57,475 nucleotides of DNA, taken from positions 1-57,475 of the forward strand of contig CAZCNP010000003.1 of NCBI GenBank assembly GCA_964500725.1, given 5' to 3'. The notes below the pieces were generated by a model. That model did no database searches and had not been told where the DNA came from. It saw nothing but the letters and a program-made list of their open reading frames with translations. Both the position numbers and the translations under genes were made by a program. Positions 9,488 through 19,204 of the stretch are shown here, one piece after another (within the stretch, counting starts at the first letter, position 1; every line of letters begins with the position of its first letter). The stretch is from an uncultured Gammaproteobacteria bacterium (GTDB taxonomy: Bacteria > Patescibacteriota > Microgenomatia > Daviesbacterales > UBA10151).

Positions 9488-11467
9488 TTAATCCCCTATT
9501 TTCAGATTTCTTTTTATTTCATCAACGCTGATTTTTTCAAACGGGGCAACAATAATAGGCATTCTGATTCTAGCAGTTTTAGCAGTTCCCTCATCGTAAA
9601 CAACTTGGCTCAAGTAACGATTTTGGAGAGTATTGGTTAAATAGCAATCACTTTTGCTCTCTATATTTAACTTGTAATAGTTAGCACTGAAGGAAGAAAA
9701 CCGTTCTAATATAAAGTCAAGATCCTCCTCTATGCTGCATAATTTAAAATCAAAGTCAAAATTATCCAAACTGATAATCTGTATTCCACTTTTATCAAAA
9801 ATTGTTCCCTTTTTGAGGGTAGTTTGGTTTTGAGAAAGATTTTGAGCTTGTTGTTTTGATAGTAAGTCTTTGTGGATGATGATATATTGTATGCCGATAA
9901 TTTTAAGCTTTTTGAGATCATCTTCCTCAAGGGATTTTTTGAAAGGGTCCATAAACTCAAACCAGTCAGGCGGCATATAACTACTATATCCATTGATCAT
10001 TTTTTCTTGCGTTACAGTACCAAAGGTGAGATAGCTTGCTTCTTCACCCAAGTAACCAAAGGGGAAATGCAGGGTACTTTTACCGTTTAAGAAACTAAAA
10101 TTATGCTCGATAAATTGTTTTTCCCTAAGGACTTTAGAAGTAGAATCAAACTTAAAGTGATTAAGATTTTCTACTATTAATAAAACCGTGAGTGAAATAA
10201 AAATAGGTATAAGAAAGCGCCTTTTAGCTTTGTAAATTATCAGAAAACCGAAAGACACTAAAATTGAAAAAGGGATATAAAAAATAAATTGGAATCTTGA
10301 GGGAACTCTTGTGCCTTTGAAAATCGGTAGCCAATGCATAAGGTAGTAAAAAGGCAGTTTGATATTACCAAGATGCGGCCCAAAGGAAAGAACAACACTA
10401 ACCATTAAGGTGAGCAAACTTACGGATAAAAGTAATCTATCCTTAGATCTTGAAAGAAAAACCAAACCCAGGATTGCCAAGACTAAAGGTACAATATTTA
10501 TAAAAAGGGTATGCTCTTCGCTTACATCAGCATATCCCCAGCCAGGAATTTTTTCAGTCCTGTTTGTTGGCAGTAAGTTTTTATATAGAAAGTTGTTAGG
10601 AAGCGGCGAAACCCAATCTTTTAAAGTTGCTGAATAAAGCCATAGGAGCTGAAGATCAAAGGTAGCCTTTTCTTTCTGTACAAAATTAAAATAAGGAAGA
10701 TAGAAGTAAGCCAACAGAGGAATAAATATAATGAAAAGTAAGCTCTTTTTTAGGATATTTAGGAAATATATATAATTTCTTTTGTATAAATTTAGGAAAA
10801 AGAAAAATATAAGATAAATAGCTAGAGCAAAGTTACTAAAAAACATTAGGTTGAAGGAAGTTAAAGCATTGAGGGTAAAAAACAAGAAAAAAAACAGTGC
10901 ATTCTTGGTCTCCGGCTTTTTAAAAAACAAATAACCATATAATAATAAAGGAAGAAGAAAATATTTACTCATAAATTGAAGGTGATTAGGGAAATGAGCA
11001 AGAGTCAGCGGATTAAAGGTATAGACAAGGCTTCCTAAAAAGGCAGCAAACTTACTTGCAAGGTATGGAACTCGTTCATTTTTAGTAAAATAATTTAGGC
11101 AATAGAAACTGGAGATAAATGATAAAACAAAGCTTAGGAAAACATAGAAGTTTAAAGAAAAGGGTAACTCTTGGCTGATCCAATAAATAGGTGAAAAAAT
11201 TAAAGATGGAATTAATAATAATTCACTGTAAGCTAGTGAATATGGCCATGGATAGAATTGGAAAGAATTAAAATACTCAGATGGATTTAAAATTCTGCCT
11301 GTAACAAGAGAGAACTGATTGTACCAAAGGGTATAACCATTCTGAGGATAATCACCGATATCTGAATAGAACGATGTAAGATTGGCAAGAAATGGCCAAG
11401 TGAGAATTGTGGTTAAAATACTCCCGACCACTATAAGGATAAATAGTTGTAAGATTTTTTGCCTCAT
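9488..11467 (-). CDS. multi-pass membrane glycosyltransferase (YfhO/GT-C-like)
   Basis: ~12 TMs; FYPWPYSLAYSE, RVPSRF and MINGYSSY motifs. Confidence 0.7.
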   Translation of the reverse strand: MRQKILQLFILIVVGSILTTILTWPFLANLTSFYSDIGDYPQNGYTLWYNQFSLVTGRILNPSEYFNSFQFYPWPYSLAYSELLLIPSLIFSPIYWISQELPFSLNFYVFLSFVLSFISSFYCLNYFTKNERVPYLASKFAAFLGSLVYTFNPLTLAHFPNHLQFMSKYFLLPLLLYGYLFFKKPETKNALFFFLFFTLNALTSFNLMFFSNFALAIYLIFFFFLNLYKRNYIYFLNILKKSLLFIIFIPLLAYFYLPYFNFVQKEKATFDLQLLWLYSATLKDWVSPLPNNFLYKNLLPTNRTEKIPGWGYADVSEEHTLFINIVPLVLAILGLVFLSRSKDRLLLSVSLLTLMVSVVLSFGPHLGNIKLPFYYLMHWLPIFKGTRVPSRFQFIFYIPFSILVSFGFLIIYKAKRRFLIPIFISLTVLLIVENLNHFKFDSTSKVLREKQFIEHNFSFLNGKSTLHFPFGYLGEEASYLTFGTVTQEKMINGYSSYMPPDWFEFMDPFKKSLEEDDLKKLKIIGIQYIIIHKDLLSKQQAQNLSQNQTTLKKGTIFDKSGIQIISLDNFDFDFKLCSIEEDLDFILERFSSFSANYYKLNIESKSDCYLTNTLQNRYLSQVVYDEGTAKTARIRMPIIVAPFEKISVDEIKRNLKIGD

Positions 11468-11500
11468 TTAATTTCTCTAATTCCTAATTATTTCCAATTT

Positions 11501-11650
11501 TCAAACACCCTTTTCCCTACCCAAATTCACGTTTTTCTCCGTATTGTTTGGATTAATCGAACTCCATGAACCGGTAATCATATAGGGAATTTTACTTTTA
11601 TCCAAAAAATGCGTGATATCTTTTAAGATTTTTGCCTGAGGGGTTTCCAT
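11501..11650 (-). pseudogene. N-terminal fragment of nucleotidyltransferase-like gene
   Basis: METPQAKILKDITHFLDKSKIPYMITGSWSSI then unrelated sequence; homologous to start of 12731-13127. Confidence 0.65.
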
Positions 11651-11656
11651 TAATAT

Positions 11657-11791
11657 TTAAGCGCCCATTTTTGCTTTTCCCATCTTTCTCACATCCCGTA
11701 CCATCTGAGAAAGACTCATAGCTAAACGGATTTTTTTCTCTCCGGACATTTGGGCGTATTTTTTTAATATGAATGTTGTAAGTTTATTCAT
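11657..11791 (-). CDS. 44-aa partner of the nucleotidyltransferase (Rv0623-like)
   Basis: MNKLTTFILKKYAQMSGEKKIRLAMSLSQMVRDVRKMGKAKMGA; stop 6 nt before NTase ATG; below ORF-track cutoff. Confidence 0.55.
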   Translation of the reverse strand: MNKLTTFILKKYAQMSGEKKIRLAMSLSQMVRDVRKMGKAKMGA

Positions 11792-11887
11792 AAATATACT
11801 ATCTTCCACCCAATTATATACTTTCTGCGAAAGACTGTAATTTTCGCTGACTCAAATTATAGCATTCTTACAAATAGATCTCGGAAT

Positions 11888-12004
11888 TGGCTCCCCCTAA
11901 AGGATTTATTCATCAACCGAAAGTTAGAGTTTAACTGTGATCTTAGTAGCCTAAAAATCCTCTACTCTGAGCTTAAGATACCAAAACCTAACTTCTTAAT
12001 TTAA
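11888..12004 (+). repeat. junction J1: attP-like core plus recombinase C-terminal tail remnant
   Basis: TGGCTCCCC followed by open frame WLPLKDLFINRKLEFNCDLSSLKILYSELKIPKPNFLI. Confidence 0.55.
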
Positions 12005-12280
12005 AATTATTTCTTTCTCCCCTTTTATGTATTGACGAATTAATAAACTAATTAGGGTCTGGTAAGCTATACCATTCCTCTTGGCCTTAGCTTTAATTTT
12101 AATAAGATCCTCTATATTAACCCTTAAGGTAATGCTCTTGGTTTCTTGTAGCAACCTAAAGTTTTTAGCTGCCTCCTGAAACATTTGTTTAGTAGCTTCT
12201 AGATTAGGAATACTAACAAATTCGCCCTTTTCTAAAGCATTTTCTAAATCTTTCTCGTATTTATCAAGTATCACTTTCAT
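11996..12280 (-). CDS. BrnA-like antitoxin (C-terminal RHH)
   Basis: KSITLRV...KAKRNGIAYQTLI motif; coupled to BrnT-like gene. Confidence 0.85.
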   Translation of the reverse strand: MKVILDKYEKDLENALEKGEFVSIPNLEATKQMFQEAAKNFRLLQETKSITLRVNIEDLIKIKAKAKRNGIAYQTLISLLIRQYIKGEKEIILN

Positions 12281-12575
12281 TTTTGGCGCCTCCTTTCAGA
12301 TATTTATCAGTCAACACCCTGCTTGGATAGGCTGTTTTAAGAAAAATTACTTTTCTTTTTTTATCTATTACGTAAGGCACTGCATATATATAATCTTTTA
12401 TCTTTATTACTAATATTCTCTGGTGAGGATATTTTTTGCTATTATGCTGTATATCACCTAGTATTTGCTTTTCTTCAACAGCAGTAACGACATCCTCCAA
12501 CCCCACTCCCCTAGTTTCTTTTAATAACAAATTCTTCTCTTCAGAAAACTCAAGTCTGTAACCCTGATACTTCAC
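12264..12575 (-). CDS. BrnT-like toxin
   Basis: EFSEEKNLLLKETRGVGLEDV...YAVPYV...FLKTAYPSR. Confidence 0.85.
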   Translation of the reverse strand: MKYQGYRLEFSEEKNLLLKETRGVGLEDVVTAVEEKQILGDIQHNSKKYPHQRILVIKIKDYIYAVPYVIDKKRKVIFLKTAYPSRVLTDKYLKGGAKNESDT

Positions 12576-12681
12576 TAATATATTATAGTCTTTGTATGTA
12601 CTTTGTCAATACACAAAAACTGATTGTCTGTTAAATATCTATAGCTTAACAACTAAACACTAAGAACCAGCCAGTTCAATA

Positions 12682-12715
12682 ATGTGCCACTTGGCTCCGT
12701 ATTCCTAGTCTTAAT
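12682..12715 (+). repeat. junction J2 (34 bp identical to J6)
   Basis: ATGTGCCACTTGGCTCCGTATTCCTAGTCTTAAT also at 19728-19761. Confidence 0.85.
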
Positions 12716-12730
12716 AAAATTTATTGTTTG

Positions 12731-13127
12731 TTAAATATACTCTTCCAGATCTATTTTGTTTAACATTTCAAAATACTTTTTTAGATTAAGTCTACTTATC
12801 CAATGACTTAAATATTTATAGTCTAATTTTTTCTCCTGTATTTGTAAAACAAAAGCAGCATCAATGAGGTGTTTTTCTATCTCATTTCAGAATTGTTGGG
12901 AGATGCAAAACTTGAAATTGATTTTGTTTTTTAATTGCCTCTTTAATAGTTTCAAGTTGTATCATAAAAGTTTCTGGTAGGCGGGAGAAAATTTTTGTAA
13001 GCTTTCCTTCCTCTTCTAGCTTAAACTCTACTACAAAATCAATATCATGGGATGCCCGTGGCCTACCGTAGTAAATCGAGCTCCATGAACCGGTAATCAT
13101 GTAGGAAATTTTATTTGATAATGACAT
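12731..13127 (-). pseudogene. nucleotidyltransferase (MNT-like) pseudogene, 5' truncated with internal deletion and frameshift
   Basis: YMITGSWSSIYYGRPRASHDIDF motif, stop at 12882; C-terminus EKHLIDAAFVLQIQ...LDYKYLSHW continues in another frame to 12731. Confidence 0.75.
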
Positions 13128-13132
13128 TTATA

Positions 13133-13933
13133 TTAAGGGGTAACCCACTGAGGAACAACTTTCATTTGATAATCCACAGCCATACCTCTATATAAACAGG
13201 CGATTGTGATAGGTAAAGGATTTCTTCTTAGATCTTCTCCAAGGGTTGCATAAGCCTCTTGGGCTAAAGCTATCAGATCTTTTGGATCTGCTTCTTGAGT
13301 AAAACGCATTACTGAGCTATGAAAAATATCATGATAGTCATTTGGTGTAAAATTTCCTTCAACAGGTGGTTGGCTCGTTGATTTTAAGTTACCTACGGCA
13401 TGAGCAATAATCCTATCCATCACTCTCCTTGCTCTAAAAACTCCTCCTTGTTCTGCATCAAACTTACCTGCGCAAACATAGGTAGTTGGAGCAGCGATTA
13501 CTAAGGTATCATGATGAAATGTTAAGCCCTCAAGTATTTTAGCAAGTAAGTTCAAATGGGAATTATTAGAAGCTAAATATTTTTTAATAGCTTCCATTTG
13601 CTCTGGATCTAAATTGGTAAATCTGCCTGGCTGCAAAACAACATGAGGAGGACCATCACCTATTCCCGGATAAACAGCAGTAATATTATGCGCTTCTGCT
13701 AATTGGCGCAAAGGATTAACAACTCTTTCTATAACAAGTTTTTGGGAAGGTTCATCTAATAAAAGTATCGTATCAAAAGTTCTCCCTGAGTGTTTTTCTA
13801 TAGACCAACCTGTAAATAAAGGTAGCTCTCCAGAGGCAATTTTTTTTAACCCTTCAGCTTTATTCTTGTCAATCTTTGCAGTGTAAGCTGCCTGTTCTTG
13901 AGCAACTATTTCTGGGTTTTTTACTGGATACAA
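13133..13933 (-). CDS. hypothetical protein, possible 2H-phosphoesterase fold
   Basis: 266-aa ORF; PHVV and FHSS loosely resemble two HxT/S motifs. Confidence 0.45.
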   Translation of the reverse strand: MYPVKNPEIVAQEQAAYTAKIDKNKAEGLKKIASGELPLFTGWSIEKHSGRTFDTILLLDEPSQKLVIERVVNPLRQLAEAHNITAVYPGIGDGPPHVVLQPGRFTNLDPEQMEAIKKYLASNNSHLNLLAKILEGLTFHHDTLVIAAPTTYVCAGKFDAEQGGVFRARRVMDRIIAHAVGNLKSTSQPPVEGNFTPNDYHDIFHSSVMRFTQEADPKDLIALAQEAYATLGEDLRRNPLPITIACLYRGMAVDYQMKVVPQWVTP

Positions 13934-14279
13934 TACATAGCCACTCCCCTTCGCTTTTTATACTCATCAGATCCATCTAAACCATCAAGAACGGCTGTAT
14001 ATTTTGGATTTTTCCCAGGATAAACGAACCATGCTCTTCAGAGGAAACTTGAAAAGCAAGCTGTGTATCTTTAAGCGCATTCAATACTGCATCTTCTGCT
14101 TGAATATCCATTGCTAAAGCCATCTCTCCAAACGGGTTTAGCTGCGTATTAGATTTTCCAGCATCCCCCAAACGCTCATGAAGACGGTAAGTGGCTATTA
14201 GTCCGTTTATTACTGCGTTAACCAATAATCGCCCTTGCGGTGTTAGCGCGCCATTTCTTCCCAACTCTTTCGAAGTCAT
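13921..14279 (-). pseudogene. inositol monophosphatase/FBPase-family fragment, frameshifted
   Basis: DIQAED...SEEHG, then a shift in an A-run gives NPKYTAVLDGLDGS; terminates shortly after. Confidence 0.7.
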
Positions 14280-14328
14280 AAACTAAATTATAGCAGGCTT
14301 TAGAGGCAATAATCAATACTATGAGTCT

Positions 14329-14466
14329 TTGCTCCCCAGTCCTGAGATTATTAGAACTCTGATATTTAGGATTATAAAGGTTTGTGAAGATGCTATGCAA
14401 ATGGAGATAATAGTGGAAAGATGGGAAGAATTAAAAAGATTTAGGGTTATTAATCAGGCATTATAG
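14329..14466 (+). repeat. junction J3 with recombinase tail remnant
   Basis: TTGCTCCCC core; frame LPSPEIIRTLIF...IIVERWEELKRF matches the RWEEIKK tail of J6/J8. Confidence 0.65.
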
Positions 14467-15687
14467 AATTTTTTGATATTCAATGTCTGCTACACTTAAA
14501 GCCCTTTCCCATCCTACCGCTTCTGGAAACCTAATCGATCTTACAAATTCATCTAAATTAACTCTTTCTGGAACAGATATTTGTAACTGAGGCTTTGGTC
14601 GTAAAATACCCGCTACTGTAGCAATAACACTAGCCTTAGAATCTTTATGAAGACTATAATCATGTTCTTGATAACGATATCGCTCACCAAATCTTAAATG
14701 CCCTCGGTGAATAACCTCAAAATCAGAATCTTCAACGACAACCCGCACTACATCTTTATTATCCTGATCGAAGTAGAAATAGGTAGTGAAATTACTTAAA
14801 CTTTCATATTTATCCTTATTAGTTGCCAGTAACATTGCAACATTACTAACCAACGAGTCGGCAATTAATTCAACTCTTTGATAAGCATCTTCTCTTGTAT
14901 TAAAGTCAAAAGGTAAATCTCCTATCACTTCATCCGCTAAATCACAAGATACAGCATCAATTTCCTCTTGACTATAATCATCCTTCAGGTGTTCTGCTAC
15001 TGTACTACCTACTATGGCAACAACTTCCATTCTAGCTCTTGCTTTTTCATCCTCAGACCAAGCCCGCATAATCTCATCGGCCTTTCTTTTTGGATCATCT
15101 TTTGCCCAGTCTAAGTATTCCTTCTGAGCAGTATCAGGTTCATCATGAATAGGTCCCATTTCGGGGTAAAACGTAGCCATGGCTCCTTCAATACGACAAA
15201 GCTGGGCTAAAGCTTTGAGATTATCAGGTAAAAGTTGTCGAAGCTCATCTTGGTATGCAACCATTAAATCTGTAGAATTATGATGCACTCTAACTTCATA
15301 AAGTTCTCCTCTTTTATAGGCGACGAAGAAAAAATCTGGGACCGATTCATCTGCTATTTGTAACCATACTTCCCAAGAAGACAAGGCAGTATCGGGTTCT
15401 AATGTAACCTCCTTATGTAATCCGTCAGCGTGTTTTTCAATAACATAGCTTGGCTCTTGTGGGATATTACCAGATTCTATCTTACGAGACACATATCGAT
15501 ATAATGGACTACTGGGTAATCTATCCGTTCTTGATTCCCGAAAACTTTTTAAGTCCTTATTCCAAACAGTAGTAGCTCCTGTTACAGCGTCAATTTGTGT
15601 ACACTCCATGATAATCCGATCGGACCGCCTTTGTCTACGCCAATTTGATCTTGGGCCAGGCATTAAATCCAGTGGTAATCTCTCCAT
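14461..15687 (-). CDS. hypothetical protein
   Basis: 408-aa ORF, no motif recognised. Confidence 0.7.
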   Translation of the reverse strand: MERLPLDLMPGPRSNWRRQRRSDRIIMECTQIDAVTGATTVWNKDLKSFRESRTDRLPSSPLYRYVSRKIESGNIPQEPSYVIEKHADGLHKEVTLEPDTALSSWEVWLQIADESVPDFFFVAYKRGELYEVRVHHNSTDLMVAYQDELRQLLPDNLKALAQLCRIEGAMATFYPEMGPIHDEPDTAQKEYLDWAKDDPKRKADEIMRAWSEDEKARARMEVVAIVGSTVAEHLKDDYSQEEIDAVSCDLADEVIGDLPFDFNTREDAYQRVELIADSLVSNVAMLLATNKDKYESLSNFTTYFYFDQDNKDVVRVVVEDSDFEVIHRGHLRFGERYRYQEHDYSLHKDSKASVIATVAGILRPKPQLQISVPERVNLDEFVRSIRFPEAVGWERALSVADIEYQKIL

Positions 15688-15692
15688 AACCT

Positions 15693-16568
15693 TTATGCTT
15701 TATTCTGTTGAGAAGCTTTAATTAAATCTTGACCATGCATACTTAAATAATTTAGACCTCTGACTAAGCGATCCAAAGGTACTGTTGGTGCGGCTATTAC
15801 TTCTAGTAATGAGTGCTTCACAAAAGGTTCGTTAAAACGAGGCATAGGTAATTCATATCCTGGTACTTCTGGCAAACCAATTCTACCTACTATACGATCT
15901 CTTGCCTCTCTCATTCCTGAACTAAGTAAATTGAGAATGTTATAGCCTCCATTAAGAATAACATAAAGTTCACTTGTTCTAAGGGCAATATCAACTGGAC
16001 TATCCCCACTAACCACTTTAGCTCCAACTATGACAGGTATTAAGAAGAGATCAAATAACAATAAAGATTTATAGCTTGCATAAACAGCTAGATTATATTT
16101 TCCACTATTTAAAAGCTTTTCTCTTTTTAAACAGCTTGTTAAACCCCTTGAAACTTCTCCACGGAATGCCTCAACATACATATCATCAAACTTTCTCTTC
16201 CCATCATTTGACCTTGCAACCCTATCGGCAAGTTCCTGATCATTTATAGCTACAAGCCAAACACCATCTTCTCTTTTTGTTTCCACCATGCCATCTCCAT
16301 GCCAAAATTCCATCCTGGGCATTTTAAGAAACTTTGCTACTCTCACGAACCCAATTTCATCATAATCGCGAACCCTATCTTGAGGTTTTTGGATAATAAC
16401 AATATCATCTCTCATATCGCTTACCCTCATAAATCCATCTGCAATAGGATCATTTAATTGCATTAGATCTTTTGCAACACCGTGATATCCATCGAGTGAA
16501 ATTTGTTTAGCGTGTTTAAATTTATAGCCTTGTGGCTCACGATCCAACATAAGTGTACTATTATACAA
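15693..16568 (-). CDS. hypothetical protein with hydrophobic segment
   Basis: 291-aa ORF. Confidence 0.7.
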   Translation of the reverse strand: MYNSTLMLDREPQGYKFKHAKQISLDGYHGVAKDLMQLNDPIADGFMRVSDMRDDIVIIQKPQDRVRDYDEIGFVRVAKFLKMPRMEFWHGDGMVETKREDGVWLVAINDQELADRVARSNDGKRKFDDMYVEAFRGEVSRGLTSCLKREKLLNSGKYNLAVYASYKSLLLFDLFLIPVIVGAKVVSGDSPVDIALRTSELYVILNGGYNILNLLSSGMREARDRIVGRIGLPEVPGYELPMPRFNEPFVKHSLLEVIAAPTVPLDRLVRGLNYLSMHGQDLIKASQQNKA

Positions 16569-16719
16569 TAACTATAAGACTTCATACAAGTTCAGAGTGA
16601 TCAAAATTTGCACGATGTCCATTGTAATCAAGGCTTTTCAGAACCCAATATGGACAGAGCAAGCTAGGGAAAGACTCAAACAAATTCACACTTTAACCAG
16701 AGTAGCTGCTATTTAAATT

Positions 16720-17448
16720 CTAGTTTGAGAATTTAAAGGTTGAAATGATCTGATCATATAAAGAAGTGTTTTGCCATTCTGAAAGTGGTATATCTTTCGG
16801 GCTTATAGGCTTACCCTGTGAATAAAACTGCTCTCGAACATCAATTGTATAGATCTTTTTATTATGTACTAATACAACTGTTTTCATAGGAATAGGCGCA
16901 GTTGATTCACTTGTTTGTCCCCCTATAAAATTATTAACATAACTAATTTTAATTGCTGAAGTTCCACTCAATTCCAGATTTTCCTCTTTATTAATAACAG
17001 GACTCATATCCTTTGTAAGATTTCTCAACCAGACTTCCTTTGCAGAGAGTGTTGAATCTTTTTCGCTTAACTCCTCAACTTTAATAGTGATATGTCCACA
17101 ATATTTTGTTGTTTCCCAACAATTTTTTGATCCTTCTAATGTAACCCAAAAATGTTGTGCTATGAATTCTGGTGTTTGGCCTGGGCCTGACCCACCTAAG
17201 TTCCAGGCATTAGGATAATTAATAGAGTAACCATATTTAGTATTAGTAAATATTTGCCAGGAATCAGTAGGTGCCTGGGTAATTGATGGTGTTGGTTGTG
17301 GTGTATTAGCTACATTTTGAGCGATTGATTGTTGAGAGGAAGGAATAACACTGTTTTTCTGCATTAAATAATAAACCCCACCTCCAATTAAAACCAAAAG
17401 GAAAACCACAATTAATATTAGTGTTAAGGATAATCCTTTTTGGTTCAT
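16720..17448 (-). CDS. membrane-anchored PsbP-like surface protein
   Basis: MNQKG pilin-like N-terminus, TM, W..FTN.KYGYSI.YP..W, ending DQIISTFKF. Confidence 0.7.
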   Translation of the reverse strand: MNQKGLSLTLILIVVFLLVLIGGGVYYLMQKNSVIPSSQQSIAQNVANTPQPTPSITQAPTDSWQIFTNTKYGYSINYPNAWNLGGSGPGQTPEFIAQHFWVTLEGSKNCWETTKYCGHITIKVEELSEKDSTLSAKEVWLRNLTKDMSPVINKEENLELSGTSAIKISYVNNFIGGQTSESTAPIPMKTVVLVHNKKIYTIDVREQFYSQGKPISPKDIPLSEWQNTSLYDQIISTFKFSN

Positions 17449-17521
17449 AAATTAAATATAACATCCCAAGAAAAAATAGTCATCCTAATGACCACCAACA
17501 TGGTTCGATTAAGAACAGTTC

Positions 17522-17538
17522 AGCTCCTTGACCTGGAT
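17522..17538 (+). repeat. degenerate copy of tRNA-Asn 3' end (attR-like)
   Basis: AGCTCCTTGACCTGGAT vs AGCTCCTCGACCTGGAT at 34454-34470 (16/17). Confidence 0.7.
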
Positions 17539-17659
17539 AATCACGTATCCTTCGAAGACTCAGGATTAACGAACAGCTTCCCACTACGTGGGGCGCAGTC
17601 ACAAATCCACAGGCAAAGGATAACAAAAAAGTGAATGCAAGACCCACTTTTTTGATTAT

Positions 17660-17818
17660 GCTCGCCAAGCCTTGATATATTATACCAGCCTATTTTAGAT
17701 GCATTCTCGAATAAGCAGAGCTTCTCAGCGGCGCTTACAGCTTGCTGATAAAAGTTACATGGGTGAATTGAGGCAAAGATGGCTGGAGATTAAGAAATTA
17801 CAACAAAATACAATGTAA
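17660..17818 (+). repeat. junction J4, homologous to J8
   Basis: GCTCGCCAAGCCTTGA start; ATAAAAGTTACATGGGTGAA (17748-17767) identical to 23005-23024. Confidence 0.8.
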
Positions 17819-17819
17819 A

Positions 17820-18125
17820 TTACAGTTGCATATACTCTACAACAATATTAATAATTTTCTGCACGTTTTCATTACAGTTTTTGAAGCTTATTTTATCTAA
17901 CACATCGCTCCCAAATTCTCTAATTACTTCGCTTATTAATGCATGAATAAAAGACTGGGTTGTTGAATCGATTTTATCGAAATCTAAAATAACCTCTTCG
18001 TTTTTTTTCAGAAGAGGTGTGATTTCGTTAAGTCTAATCTCTCTTGCTATATCTTTATCTTCAGCAAAGCTCCCAACTTTAGGAAACAGTTTTATCTGAA
18101 AGAGAACTTTGTTCATCTCTTTCAT
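17820..18125 (-). CDS. STAS-like domain protein (DUF4325-like)
   Basis: VILDFDKIDSTTQSFIHALISE motif; downstream of HATPase gene. Confidence 0.8.
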   Translation of the reverse strand: MKEMNKVLFQIKLFPKVGSFAEDKDIAREIRLNEITPLLKKNEEVILDFDKIDSTTQSFIHALISEVIREFGSDVLDKISFKNCNENVQKIINIVVEYMQL

Positions 18126-19084
18126 ATAAATTTAGCTTTCTTATAATATTCTTTTCTTCTTTCTCTAACAGATTGAGAGTATGTTTGGTTAATGAGCCCT
18201 AAAAGGGTCGAGAACTCTTCTCTATCATCAAGCTTAATATCAACACCTACAACAGTACCTTGCCAATTAGGAAAGTCTTCCCCTTCAGAATGTTTATCTT
18301 TAGAAGGATCACTATGCAGACGTATTTGTTTTTTACTGTCTGCTTTTAATAATTTATACATTGCCTTCCCACTATAAATTACAAAAAAATCTTTATTGAC
18401 TGTTGCAATTGATTTGATAAAAAATAGTCCTGCCCCTGCGTTATAATCAGTACCGCCTATCCTCCTTGTTGTTCCTGTTATACCAGGAGTTAAAGCTAAT
18501 TTGATCGCTTCAATATCATTGCGTACTCGATGTGAAGCGGAAATTGTTTTCATAATCCCTACACCCCTATCAACAATCCCAATTCTTATGGTATTGCTTT
18601 TTTTATAATACTGAGCACATAGAATGGCACCCACTGGAGACTCGGCATGCTCAAATACATTCCGCATGAGTTCACTTAATATATATCTAATAGGTTCAAC
18701 TTGATTTGGCTCCAAATGCAATAATGGAATTACCTCGGTAATAAAATCAGTCAAATTTTCACTGTTATCTATCTGTTTAAGCGGTATAAACCTTCCTGCC
18801 GGTTCATGTTCTGTAATTTCAATACCAGAATCAATATTTAACAGATCAAATAAACCCATTCTTTTAAGATAGTGTTTCGATCTAGCTTCCATGTGTTCAC
18901 ATTGAATATTTTTAGGTTTAAGAGAAAGACCAAGAGCCGCGACCATAGAAAGCACAATCGGGTGTATTGATATCCATTGTTTATTTGCCGTAATCTCTAA
19001 TACCTCTGGGTTAGAAGTATCAAAAGTTCTAAGAAATGGGTCAATATTACCCAAAAAAGCACTATTTGGTATATGGATTTTCAT
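18122..19084 (-). CDS. HATPase_c/GHKL (anti-sigma kinase-like) ATP-binding protein
   Basis: SELMRNVFEH (N box), IVDRGVGI (G1), NAGAGLFF (G2), QGTVV (G3). Confidence 0.82.
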   Translation of the reverse strand: MKIHIPNSAFLGNIDPFLRTFDTSNPEVLEITANKQWISIHPIVLSMVAALGLSLKPKNIQCEHMEARSKHYLKRMGLFDLLNIDSGIEITEHEPAGRFIPLKQIDNSENLTDFITEVIPLLHLEPNQVEPIRYILSELMRNVFEHAESPVGAILCAQYYKKSNTIRIGIVDRGVGIMKTISASHRVRNDIEAIKLALTPGITGTTRRIGGTDYNAGAGLFFIKSIATVNKDFFVIYSGKAMYKLLKADSKKQIRLHSDPSKDKHSEGEDFPNWQGTVVGVDIKLDDREEFSTLLGLINQTYSQSVRERRKEYYKKAKFI

Positions 19085-19093
19085 AATATGACC

Positions 19094-19148
19094 ATTTTAC
19101 CGGGAATCCCGGAGAAAGTCAAGTTTTACCGGGAATCCCGGAGAAAGT
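19094..19148 (-). promoter_or_regulatory. sigma70 promoter embedded in tandem palindromic operator
   Basis: TTGACT-N17-TAAAAT on minus strand; 25-bp direct repeat (19095-19119, 19124-19148), each with CCGGGA-A-TCCCGG. Confidence 0.75.
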
Positions 19149-19204
19149 ATAACTGAGATATAAATCCTGGTAACACAATCCTAAATTATGTAGATCATCA
19201 ACTT

